Shown here piece after piece: positions 1 through 7,127 of a stretch of 36,023 nt of DNA. The notes beneath the pieces are model-generated. The model did no database searches. It was not told the DNA's origin and worked only from the letters and a program-made list of their open reading frames with translations. The stretch is from positions 1-36,023 of IMG/VR virus record IMGVR_UViG_3300033463_000510. One strand, written 5' to 3'. Source of the DNA: a virus. Each line of letters starts with the position of its first letter. Position 1 is the stretch's first letter. A program made the translations under genes and the position numbers.

Positions 1-85
1 CGTAGCCGGAGCCGGAGCCGGAGCCGTAGCCGTTGCCGTAGCCGTAGCCGTTGCCGTCGCCGTAGCCGGAGCCGTCGCCGTAGCC
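1..85. repeat. terminal direct overlap: 1-85 is identical to 35939-36023
   Basis: Base-by-base comparison of the two window ends. The overlap lies inside a coding tandem repeat. Confidence 0.9.
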
Positions 86-154
86 GGAGCCGTCGCCGTC
101 GCCGGAGCCGGAGCCGTAGCCGGAGCCGGTATTACGCGGCGCCAGGAATGTCAT
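1..154 (-). CDS. N-terminal part of a (Gly-X)n repeat protein; the body of the gene is at 35370-36023 (gene crosses the circular junction)
   Basis: ATG at 154-152 (minus) gives MTFLAPRNT, then strict Gly-X dipeptides (X = Y/S/D/N). The frame runs off position 1. It is in phase with the open frame at the window end once the 85-nt overlap is collapsed (154 + 569 nt = 241 codons). Confidence 0.75.
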   Translation of the reverse strand, partial: MTFLAPRNTGSGYGSGSGDGDGSGYGDGSGYGDGNGYGYGNGYGSGSGSGY

Positions 155-165
155 GATGTCTTCCT

Positions 166-459
166 CTAAGCGGTCCATACCTTCACGGCGTTGATAGAGT
201 CGATGGCCTTGTCCGTGCAGGGGATGATCTCGATGACGCCCGCGACCATCATGGAGGGGACGGTAACGGAGAACTTGCACTGCTGCGGGGCTTTCACTCC
301 GTTCATGGCGAGCTCGGAGAGGGATGCTGCGCCGTTCCAGTACCAGAGGCGGCGGCAGTCATTGATGGTAACGATGACCCCTGCGGGGGTGTTTTCCTGA
401 TTGGTGACCTCGCCGAAGAAGACGCCGGCGGAGTAGGTCCTGATGATTGATTTTGACAT
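166..459 (-). CDS. hypothetical protein (97 aa)
   Basis: ORF MSKSIIRTYSAGVFFGEV... has balanced, non-Arg-rich composition and is tightly packed with minus-strand neighbours. No domain recognised. Confidence 0.7.
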   Translation of the reverse strand: MSKSIIRTYSAGVFFGEVTNQENTPAGVIVTINDCRRLWYWNGAASLSELAMNGVKAPQQCKFSVTVPSMMVAGVIEIIPCTDKAIDSINAVKVWTA

Positions 460-478
460 TGTTGCTTGTATTGAAGTG

Positions 479-826
479 TTAAACGATGAATATGTCGATA
501 GGATCGTCGTCCAGGGCGTCCACGGGTTCGCGCAGGCGCTTCAGGGCGTTGAGTGAGAGACGGATCTGGTCGGAGGCCACGGCGTCGGTGCAGACGCTGC
601 GCCGGGCGTTGACCTTCTCCAGGCGGTCCATCACCTTCTCCACGGTGTCCCCGATGACGTCCGGGGAGGCGAAGCGGTCGATGTCGTGCGAGAGTGCGTA
701 CGCGAGTTCCTGGCGTGCCTTCGCCACTTCCTGGGCGACGGGGTCGGTGGTGGAGATCTGCGCGAGTGCGGCCTTGTCGGCGATGGCGTCCAGGCGCTGG
801 AGGAGGAGTTGTGCGAGTGCTAACAT
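479..826 (-). CDS. hypothetical helical protein (115 aa)
   Basis: ORF MLALAQLLLQRLDAIADK... has plausible composition and sits 19 nt from the next gene. Confidence 0.65.
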   Translation of the reverse strand: MLALAQLLLQRLDAIADKAALAQISTTDPVAQEVAKARQELAYALSHDIDRFASPDVIGDTVEKVMDRLEKVNARRSVCTDAVASDQIRLSLNALKRLREPVDALDDDPIDIFIV

Positions 827-844
827 TGGGCGGTGTGTTAAGTG

Positions 845-1570
845 TTAAACGCTGACGATGAGGTCCCGTCCGGTGGCCTTCTGCCCTGCGAAGCACATCT
901 CCAGCAGGCGGCGCTTGGTCTTGAAGACGGGGGAATAGTTGAGGACGGCACCGATGCCCCGGAGGCCGTTCTGGCGGCGGTACTGCTTCGCGGCGTATTC
1001 CTTCGCAGCCTTCCAGTGCTCCTCGCCGATGGAGAAGAGGTCGCGCTCGATGCAGCCGTCCATCGCCATCGCGCAGTAGCCGTCGAGGTGGTCGTCGGCG
1101 AGGCGTCCCGTGTCGCGGTACTCGCGCCAGAGTACGTTGATGGCGCGCACGGTGGCGGCGCGGTTGAGTTCGTCCACTTCCGCGCGGGTGAGCGACGTCG
1201 TCGACGGATCCTGCCGGTTTCCCCGGCGGTAGTTGCGGATCGCCTCCTTCCGGAGGTCCCCGTTGACGTAGTTCGCCAGCCAGCCGAAGATGACGGCGGT
1301 GTTGGGCTTGGTGCGTCCTCCGAGCTCGCCGGCCACGCCGGACTCGCAGACGAGCACGAACTCCTGGGAGGTGATGTACGGGTATGAGCGCAGGATCTTG
1401 TCCGTGACGTCCTTCACCATCTGCTCGTAGAGGATGGCGTCGGGGAGTGCCACGTCAGCGAGCCCGTAGGCGCGGTCGACGCCTGAGCGCACGGCCTCGG
1501 TGGCGTCCTCCTGGCGGTAGGTATTCATCGCGGGGTTGCTCGCCGCGATTATGATGTCACGCGTGTCCAT
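845..1570 (-). CDS. hypothetical protein of the replication module (241 aa)
   Basis: Track ORF 845..1741 trimmed to the ATG at 1570 (MDTRDIIIAAS...). The 57 upstream codons are Arg/Pro-rich and overlap the initiator gene. TAATG stop/start overlap with 1570..2289. No P-loop seen. Confidence 0.7.
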   Translation of the reverse strand: MDTRDIIIAASNPAMNTYRQEDATEAVRSGVDRAYGLADVALPDAILYEQMVKDVTDKILRSYPYITSQEFVLVCESGVAGELGGRTKPNTAVIFGWLANYVNGDLRKEAIRNYRRGNRQDPSTTSLTRAEVDELNRAATVRAINVLWREYRDTGRLADDHLDGYCAMAMDGCIERDLFSIGEEHWKAAKEYAAKQYRRQNGLRGIGAVLNYSPVFKTKRRLLEMCFAGQKATGRDLIVSV

Positions 1571-2289
1571 TACTTCCGGTATTTGGCGGCGATGGCCTCG
1601 ATTTTCGCGTCGAGTTCCGCCGTGGTTGCTGTGACCTTCCTCCCCTGCGGCTGCTGGCCGTTCACGCGCTGTCCTGCCTCCTTTGCGTTCTGGAGGCGCT
1701 GCGCGGTGATCTGCTCCTCGCGGAGGCGGGTGACGCACCACGAGAGGATGGCGCGGTAGTGGCTGGCGTAGCGCTTGCGCGGGTGGTTGACGAGGTAGTC
1801 GTCGAGTATCTCGCAGAGGCGGTGCGCGTCCGCTGCGCCGAAGCGCTCGACGAGATTTGCGTGCTCGTCCCGTGACATCTCCACCTTATCCCCGAAACGG
1901 TACATCTCCTCACGCGCGCGCGAAGAGAGTGTGTCTATATCTTTTCTTCTCTCTTTACTCTCTTGAGAAGAGGGGGTGTGGGGGGGAAGGGTTCGGTTTT
2001 CCGAACGGTCCGTTCGGTTTTCCGAACGTTCGGTTTTCCGAACGGTATAGTGTGGACGCCCTTCCCTATCGTCCCGATCCAGGTAGCCTTCCTCCACCAG
2101 CGCCTTCAAAATATCGGACGCCTGGCCGCGGCTGACACCGCACCACTCGGCCACATATCCGAGGCTGCCGTGGTAGTCGCTCTCCGCGTCGCGGCTGAAG
2201 GAGTAGACGAGCGCGTACACGAGGAGCCTCGACCCTCGCAGGCCGAGCTCCAGCATGTCGCGCGTGATGACGATGTAGTCTTGTTTCAT
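1570..2289 (-). CDS. DnaD-like replication initiator / replisome organiser
   Basis: N-terminal winged-helix-like segment (GYVAEWCGVSRGQASDILKALVEEGYL), a low-complexity linker, and a C-terminal YASHYRAILSWC matching the DnaD/DnaB_2 YxxxIxxW motif. Iterons are embedded in the linker. Confidence 0.65.
   Translation of the reverse strand: MKQDYIVITRDMLELGLRGSRLLVYALVYSFSRDAESDYHGSLGYVAEWCGVSRGQASDILKALVEEGYLDRDDREGRPHYTVRKTERSENRTDRSENRTLPPHTPSSQESKERRKDIDTLSSRAREEMYRFGDKVEMSRDEHANLVERFGAADAHRLCEILDDYLVNHPRKRYASHYRAILSWCVTRLREEQITAQRLQNAKEAGQRVNGQQPQGRKVTATTAELDAKIEAIAAKYRK
1991..2044. repeat. three iteron-like repeats GTTCGGTTTTCCGAACG (candidate origin)
   Basis: Copies at 1991-2007, 2012-2028 and 2028-2044. 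Each contains the inverted repeat TTCGG-TTTT-CCGAA. A pyrimidine/AT-rich tract with palindrome CTCTTGAGAAGAG lies directly alongside (about 1931-1975). Confidence 0.6.
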
Positions 2290-2939
2290 ATTGCCTCCAT
2301 GACTTTAGTCCAGACGACGTCCGTGATGGACGCCTTGTAGTATTGGTTGCAGGCAGACTCGCAGGCCTTGCGGTCGAAGCCCTGGGCGGCCCACGCCACC
2401 AGCTGGTTCCGGATGTTGATGTCGTTCGGCATCATGGTGACGGGGCGGAACTTCCCGCCGGTCTGCTGCCCCTGCTGCTGCTGCTGCGCCTGCTCGCCGC
2501 CCTGCGTGTACTTGGTATTGTCCTTCGCCCAGTAGATGTCAGCGCCGATGCCGAGTTTCTTGCATGCCACGGAGATAGCGTCCGTCTCCGCCATTTTGAA
2601 GGCCTCGTCGTTGAGTTCAGCGCCGCGGCCCTTGCCCGCGTACTTGCTGCCTCCGATGCCCTCGATGGGTGCGGACCATTCCCCGCCCTGCTTGACGTAG
2701 AGTTCCACGCGGACCCAGGCGACGCGCTCGGCGTTGCCGCCGATGACCTGCTCGTCGCTCCAGTGTTCGGTGATCTTGGTGTACCAGCCGAAGCCGATGG
2801 GACCGAAGCGCTCCGTGAGCACCTTGATGCGCCACATCGGGTTGATGTCGGTCTTGCCGTTGAGATTGCCGCCGCTGATGGTCTTCTGCGCGGTATGCGG
2901 CACTTCCCTCCATGAGTTGTAAAGGTCGAGATTTTCCAT
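2286..2939 (-). CDS. Rad52/Sak-like single-strand annealing protein
   Basis: TDINPMWRIKVLTERFGPIGFGW and EAFKMAETDAISVACKKLGIGADIYW resemble the Rad52/22 (Sak) family signature. A Gln-rich linker follows. Confidence 0.6.
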   Translation of the reverse strand: MENLDLYNSWREVPHTAQKTISGGNLNGKTDINPMWRIKVLTERFGPIGFGWYTKITEHWSDEQVIGGNAERVAWVRVELYVKQGGEWSAPIEGIGGSKYAGKGRGAELNDEAFKMAETDAISVACKKLGIGADIYWAKDNTKYTQGGEQAQQQQQGQQTGGKFRPVTMMPNDINIRNQLVAWAAQGFDRKACESACNQYYKASITDVVWTKVMEAI

Positions 2940-2968
2940 GTGTTATGAGTGTTGAGTTGATGTTGCAA

Positions 2969-3235
2969 TCAATATCCGAGAATCTGCTCGTCGGTGTTTT
3001 GGCCGTAGTAGGACGGGGAGCAGCCCGCGTGTTTCAGGCGTGGGATGGCCTCCTCGTAGACGGACTCCACCTTGAAGCCGAGGATCTCCGGATGCTCGGC
3101 ATTGGCGAAGGCCTGCGCTTCCTTGTAGGTCCAGAAGCAGACAGTGGTGAAGCGGCGCCATAAGTCCCAGCGGGACACGAGGTACGAGTAGCGGACCACC
3201 CAGTGCCAGAGCGGGGTGAAGTCAACGTCTGCCAT
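2969..3235 (-). CDS. hypothetical protein (88 aa)
   Basis: ORF MADVDFTPLWHWVV... has reasonable composition and packing. Confidence 0.6.
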   Translation of the reverse strand: MADVDFTPLWHWVVRYSYLVSRWDLWRRFTTVCFWTYKEAQAFANAEHPEILGFKVESVYEEAIPRLKHAGCSPSYYGQNTDEQILGY

Positions 3236-3452
3236 AATCGTCGAGTGCTTCGATGTCCTTCACGTCCCACTGGGCGCGGCTGACGAGCAGGAGCAGTCCG
3301 GCGGTGAGAAGGTGCCAGGGGTTCCAGATGAGGGCGCAGACGGCCAGGATGACCGCGAGGGCGGTCCAGACGATGCGGTGCAGGCAATTGATAATGTTGC
3401 ACAAATCCTGCAACTCGCACCGCGTAAGGTGGTGGTAATAATTGTTTTGCAT
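3222..3452 (-). CDS. small membrane protein (76 aa, two hydrophobic helices)
   Basis: IVWTALAVILAVCALIW and LLTAGLLLLV segments. 14-nt overlap with the downstream gene. Confidence 0.6.
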   Translation of the reverse strand: MQNNYYHHLTRCELQDLCNIINCLHRIVWTALAVILAVCALIWNPWHLLTAGLLLLVSRAQWDVKDIEALDDYGRR

Positions 3453-3453
3453 A

Positions 3454-3726
3454 CTATCTGATTTTTAGTTCTGCGCGGGCCTCGTCGCTGGCGCGCAGGG
3501 CGAGGATCGCGGAGACGTTATACATCTTCTTGGAGTTCCGGGCGACGCCGGAACGGTGCGGCATGATGCGTCCTTCCTCGACGGCGCGGCGCATCCAGGC
3601 GCCGTAGGTGCGGAAGGCCTCGCGCTCGGAGATCTCCCCGGATGCGAGTCCCTGGCGCTGGAGGGCGATGGTCGCTCCCAGTTCGGCGGCGGTGGCGATG
3701 AGCCTTTCGAGGTTGGACGGGTTCAT
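3454..3726 (-). CDS. hypothetical protein, possible small DNA-binding regulator (90 aa)
   Basis: ORF MNPSNLERLIATAAELG... has an ATGA overlap with the upstream gene. The function is a guess. Confidence 0.55.
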   Translation of the reverse strand: MNPSNLERLIATAAELGATIALQRQGLASGEISEREAFRTYGAWMRRAVEEGRIMPHRSGVARNSKKMYNVSAILALRASDEARAELKIR

Positions 3727-3917
3727 GATACGCGGGTGATAATATAGGTCCGGGTGGGACGGTCGAGGTGGGACCTGAAACGGCGGTCCAGGGTGAAGGA
3801 CATGTCCGTGACGTAGCGGCGGACGGTTCCGTAGGCGTAGGCGTCCACGGGGACCCGTATCTCGTCTCCGACGGCCATGTTCTTGACCTGCGTGAGGAGT
3901 GGTGTGTTGTTGCTCAT
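3723..3917 (-). CDS. hypothetical protein (64 aa)
   Basis: ORF MSNNTPLLTQVKNMAVGDEIRV... has an ATGA coupling with the next gene. Confidence 0.55.
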   Translation of the reverse strand: MSNNTPLLTQVKNMAVGDEIRVPVDAYAYGTVRRYVTDMSFTLDRRFRSHLDRPTRTYIITRVS

Positions 3918-4035
3918 ATCGTCAAAAATGTTTGGGTGCGGGGGCCGGAGTCGGACCGGCTAATGTCCCAGGTTTGCATCTCGTCTATCCGTTCAACGAA
4001 GCTATCCCCGCACTTTTATAGGTTTGCCAAGACCT

Positions 4036-4440
4036 TTATGATAGATTGTTCAAGATGTACTGCTTGTCCTTCTCGTTCAGGTCGATGCCCTCGCGGAGTT
4101 TGAACTTTGTGATATAGTTCTGGCCGGCGAGGTCCACGGCGATCTTGTAAGAGTCCTCGCTGCCGCAGTCGTCCGCCACGATGGCGAGGTGCTCGGCAGC
4201 GAAGGTGAGCTTCTCCTGGAGTTCGTCGAGTGCCTTATTCGCGGCGTTTAGCTGGCGCTCAACCTTCAGGGCGTGCTCCAGGACTTCGTCGAGGATCTTC
4301 GAGTGACCGTGAAGCTTGTAGTCATCGCAGAACGCCTCCTTGTCCAAGTCGGTCATCATATAAAGCGGGTTGATCTTGGAGTTGAACATCTCCTCGGTGC
4401 AGTGGTTTCCCATCAGCGTTTCGTACTCGTGCCGTAACAT
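4036..4440 (-). CDS. first gene of the early (leftward) operon, hypothetical (134 aa)
   Basis: ORF MLRHEYETLMGNH... starts 47 nt downstream of a minus-strand TATATTTG box. It is visibly less GC-rich than the rest of the genome. Confidence 0.7.
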   Translation of the reverse strand: MLRHEYETLMGNHCTEEMFNSKINPLYMMTDLDKEAFCDDYKLHGHSKILDEVLEHALKVERQLNAANKALDELQEKLTFAAEHLAIVADDCGSEDSYKIAVDLAGQNYITKFKLREGIDLNEKDKQYILNNLS

Positions 4441-4543
4441 AGTGGTTTCGTGTTAGAAAATTTTTATATTTGTGAATAACCTACCGCAAATATAGTAATT
4501 TTTTCTAACATTCAAAAAATTTTCTAACTTTTTTCTAAAATCT
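4441..4543. promoter_or_regulatory. lysis/lysogeny switch region: divergent promoters plus operator-like repeats
   Basis: TATATTTG on plus at 4465-4472 and its complement CAAATATA at 4487-4494 (TATATTTG on minus). Both match the Bacteroidota -7 consensus TAnnTTTG. TTTTCTAAC at 4501-4509 and 4520-4528, TTTTCTAAA at 4531-4539, and inverted GTTAGAAAA at 4452-4460. Confidence 0.6.
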
Positions 4544-5146
4544 ATGGAACTTGCCGAAAAACTACGCATCCTCCAGGATGCCTACGACCACCTCCTCCGG
4601 AACGGAGTCGTGAAGTCAAAGGGGGATTTTGCCGAACTGACCGGCACCAGCCGGAGTTCTATGAGTTCGGCGTTCAGCGGAAACGAACTCTACCTGACGG
4701 ATAAACTCATCAGCCGGGTGATTGAGATCGCGGGACAACAGCCGAAGACGGACGGACACACTGTCCCCCTCTTCCCCTTCAGCGTCCGCGCGGGCGCATC
4801 CCTGAACGACATATCCGAGGGGATGACGGACGCGGCCTGCGAGCGCATTACGTCGCCTGTACGGGGCGCGGAGCTCGCGATGGAGGTAGTGGGCGACTCG
4901 ATGGCTCCGGCCTTCCCTGCGGGCGCGCGCGTGCTCCTGAAGCGCGTCCAGGCGGACACGTTCATCGCCTGGGGCGAGGTGTACGTCGTGGACAGCGTCA
5001 ACGGCCCCGTCCTGAAGCGCATAATGCCCACCGACACGGAGGACGTCTGGGAACTCCGCAGCGACAATCCGGACTACCCTCCCTTCCGCATACGCACCGC
5101 GCACGTCCGCGGCGTGTGGCGCGTATTACTGCGGATGATCCAGTAG
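4544..5146 (+). CDS. CI/LexA-type repressor with S24 autopeptidase domain
   Basis: N-terminal HTH-like region (GDFAELTGTSRSSMSSAFSG). C-terminal GDSMAP (catalytic Ser context) and VLLKR (Lys), as in LexA/CI S24 peptidases. The only plus-strand gene, divergent from the early operon. Confidence 0.85.
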   Translation: MELAEKLRILQDAYDHLLRNGVVKSKGDFAELTGTSRSSMSSAFSGNELYLTDKLISRVIEIAGQQPKTDGHTVPLFPFSVRAGASLNDISEGMTDAACERITSPVRGAELAMEVVGDSMAPAFPAGARVLLKRVQADTFIAWGEVYVVDSVNGPVLKRIMPTDTEDVWELRSDNPDYPPFRIRTAHVRGVWRVLLRMIQ

Positions 5147-5875
5147 GCCGTACCTCTCCCGCAGGATGTCCTCCATCCACGGCGCCCAGCCCCGGAAGGA
5201 GTTGCTTATCCACACCACGCGGTCCAGAGCCTCGCGCACCTGGGCCGGGGTGGCCTTGTGGTCCCACACCTTGAACTGCCACACGCTCCCCGGCTCCTCG
5301 ACGTGCTCCGCAGGAACGTCCGGGAAGAAGGTATTGAAGTACAGCTGCTCCACAACGTAGGAGGTGTCGTCGCAGTGGTAGCGGTCATAGGTCTCCAGCA
5401 ACTTGTCCCACTCGTACCACACCGGCAGGTGACAGACGAAGTTCCGCGTCTGGAGGCCCGCCTTCGCGAGCGCGCCGCGCGTCTTCCAGTTGTCCTGCAC
5501 CCAGGCGTTCCAGCGGATCCCGCGGTCGGTGATGTCGTCCCGCCGCACCTTCAGGCGCTGCACGTCCGCCAGCGTGAAGTCACGCACGGCGTAGATGTCG
5601 TCGCAGGTGTAGATGAAGCCCTCCGCCTCCGGGTAGTGCCTGCGGACCTCCCGGAACTTGTGGACGTGGTCGAGGTGGGCGTGGTACTGGCGGCAGCCCT
5701 GCGGGAGCACGACGCGCGGGCAGGGGATGAAAGTGACGCCGTCGATGCGCGGGTCGTCGCCGACCACGACGATCTCGAAGTCCTCCTTGAAGTGGCGGCG
5801 CCATCCGGCGACCGCAAGCGCCAACTCGCAGCCCTGGGCCGCGCTGGCGAGGTAAGGGATTACGACCTGGATCAT
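5126..5875 (-). CDS. putative nucleotide-sugar transferase (GT-A-like), second gene of the moron pair
   Basis: Track ORF trimmed to the ATG at 5875 (MIQVVIPYLASAAQGCELALAV...). ATGA overlap with the GT2 gene. FEIVVVGDD and YTCDDIY (DXD-like). The family is not firmly recognised. Confidence 0.4.
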   Translation of the reverse strand: MIQVVIPYLASAAQGCELALAVAGWRRHFKEDFEIVVVGDDPRIDGVTFIPCPRVVLPQGCRQYHAHLDHVHKFREVRRHYPEAEGFIYTCDDIYAVRDFTLADVQRLKVRRDDITDRGIRWNAWVQDNWKTRGALAKAGLQTRNFVCHLPVWYEWDKLLETYDRYHCDDTSYVVEQLYFNTFFPDVPAEHVEEPGSVWQFKVWDHKATPAQVREALDRVVWISNSFRGWAPWMEDILRERYGLLDHPQ

Positions 5876-6546
5876 ATATAAAGATTCTTGTTCTCTTCCA
5901 GCCACTGCGCCGGGTCTTCGCCGTTCCAGCTTCCGTGCCCGTAGTGCTCGACGAAGCGCCAGATGTTCCGGCTCCGTCCGGTGAGCTGCGCGGCGTCGCA
6001 GTCCGCGAGGAACGAGGCGCCGGTGTCCCAGAACTGCCGCGGCTTCAGTTTCCACGATCGCTCCGGGTCGAAGTACCGGACGCCGTGCGAGCGGCACAGC
6101 GGTACGTTCAGCCAGCAGAGCATCGGCAGCAGGCGCGGGATGCGCTCGCGCGCCACCCAGCGGTTCGCGTAGCACGTCCCTGACCATGCCACGGAAGGGT
6201 CCGCCAGCGGTGACGGGTCCGCCTTCAGGAGGCAGTCGGAGTCCATGAGGATGAAGCCGTCCGGGAGGAGGTCGAAGAGCTCGTCCACGCTGCGCGCATG
6301 CTTCGCGGACCCGTGACCGTTGCAGGTCGGCACGCGGTCCGGGAACTGCGCCAGGAAGGCGTCCCAGTCGATGACCCGGCCGGCGGTGTTGTCGATGTAG
6401 GAGATGTTGCTGGACCACGGCCGGAAGGGCCGCTGGTCGGAGTTGTCGAAGACGGTGACGTCCGCGTCCGGGCAGTGCTTCCGGACGGAGAGAATGGCGG
6501 CGCGCGTCAGCTCCGGGGTGTTATAGTGTACGATGGCGATGTCCAT
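5872..6546 (-). CDS. family-2-like glycosyltransferase (GT-A fold)
   Basis: MDIAIVHYNTPELTRAAILSVRKHCPDADVTVFDNSD is a typical GT2 N-terminus. ILMDSDCLL supplies the DXD motif. Confidence 0.7.
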   Translation of the reverse strand: MDIAIVHYNTPELTRAAILSVRKHCPDADVTVFDNSDQRPFRPWSSNISYIDNTAGRVIDWDAFLAQFPDRVPTCNGHGSAKHARSVDELFDLLPDGFILMDSDCLLKADPSPLADPSVAWSGTCYANRWVARERIPRLLPMLCWLNVPLCRSHGVRYFDPERSWKLKPRQFWDTGASFLADCDAAQLTGRSRNIWRFVEHYGHGSWNGEDPAQWLEENKNLYI

Positions 6547-6555
6547 ACATACGCA

Positions 6556-7059
6556 AAGGGCGGGAACCTCACGGCCGCCGCCCCGCCCTTGTAGATTAGT
6601 AGTACGATGTTATGAAAAAAGCATTTCAATGAAAAAACGCAGACCGGGACGTCTCCGCCGCGGCCTGCGCCAAAACTAATAACCGTTCATGAAAGATGAG
6701 ATCTATCTGGAATGAAAAGGGCGCACCCTCACGGTGCGCCCTCCTCGTAGATAATCAATTTATGGAACTTACAACTCTCATTCAATGACAAAACGGGGCC
6801 GCATCACTGCGGCGCCCGTCCTTGTAAATCCAAATCACACATGAAGATAAAAGAATGTTGCTCATAGACGAAAAGCGGGGACGCATCGCTGCGTCCCCTG
6901 CCCACTGAATCTCCTTAATCCTTTAGAAATGGCTTTCTTTGCTCTCCATAGACAAAAGGACGGGATGCACTGCTGCACCCCGTCCACGCTCAACACTCAT
7001 TTAATCACTGAAGACGATCTCTATAAACAAAAAAACCGGGACGCTTCACAGCGGCCCGG
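6556..7059 (-). repeat. array of seven GC-rich stem-loops with ~80-bp period (terminator-like on the minus strand)
   Basis: Hairpins at 6556-6590, 6638-6669, 6719-6741, 6795-6817, 6877-6898, 6958-6985 and 7036-7059. Centres are 76-84 bp apart. The stems all differ in sequence but stay paired. Each is preceded on plus by A3-A7, which is a U-tract after the stem on minus. Confidence 0.75.
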
Positions 7060-7127
7060 AAAAATTATCCTATGAATCACGATTTAATCTATCTATATAA
7101 TAGCGCCGCCCGTCCGTTTGGAAAGGT

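Noticed and set aside
1-85. The 85-nt terminal repeat as a genuine physical direct terminal repeat of a linear (T7-like) virion genome.
   Set aside because: It lies in the middle of a coding tandem repeat, and the gene is only complete if the ends are joined. The phage encodes an integrase and a PBSX-type TerL. An assembly overlap of a circular or circularly permuted sequence is the simpler reading. This is not formally excluded without terminus mapping.
303-896. A 197-aa minus-strand ORF spanning two smaller genes, and similar overlapping alternative-frame ORFs (for example 2432-2968, 3034-3420, 22692-23732, 28419-29357, 33893-34489).
   Set aside because: They are extremely Arg/Pro/Gly/His-rich translations in frames overlapping better-supported genes, which is typical GC-rich frame noise.
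845-1741. N-terminal extensions of track ORFs: 845-1741, 5126-6418, 7128-8471, 8704-9489, 9198-9785, 9629-9901, 13748-14560, 14304-15503, 17563-18996, 30028-31491, 31543-32046, 32825-33328 and 33271-33699.
   Set aside because: The extensions are Arg/Pro/Ser-rich and overlap the upstream gene. In each case an internal ATG lies exactly at an ATGA/TAATG junction or a few nt after the upstream stop, and recognisable protein sequence begins there. I used those starts.
4019-4026. An exact TAnnTTTG match (TAGGTTTG) on the plus strand, as a promoter.
   Set aside because: Only six informative bases, so several matches are expected by chance in a genome of this size. It points into the antisense of the 134-aa early gene with no plus-strand ORF downstream.
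6556-7059. The regular ~80-bp array next to a recombinase looked at first like a CRISPR array or an integron attC/cassette array.
   Set aside because: In CRISPR the repeats are near-identical and the spacers vary. Here the hairpin (repeat-equivalent) sequences all differ, while the AT-rich spacers share motifs, and there are no cas genes. Integron attC sites need conserved RYYYAAC/GTTRRRY cores and cassettes carrying ORFs. Neither is visible, and the recombinase looks like a phage-type integrase with an arm-binding N-terminus.
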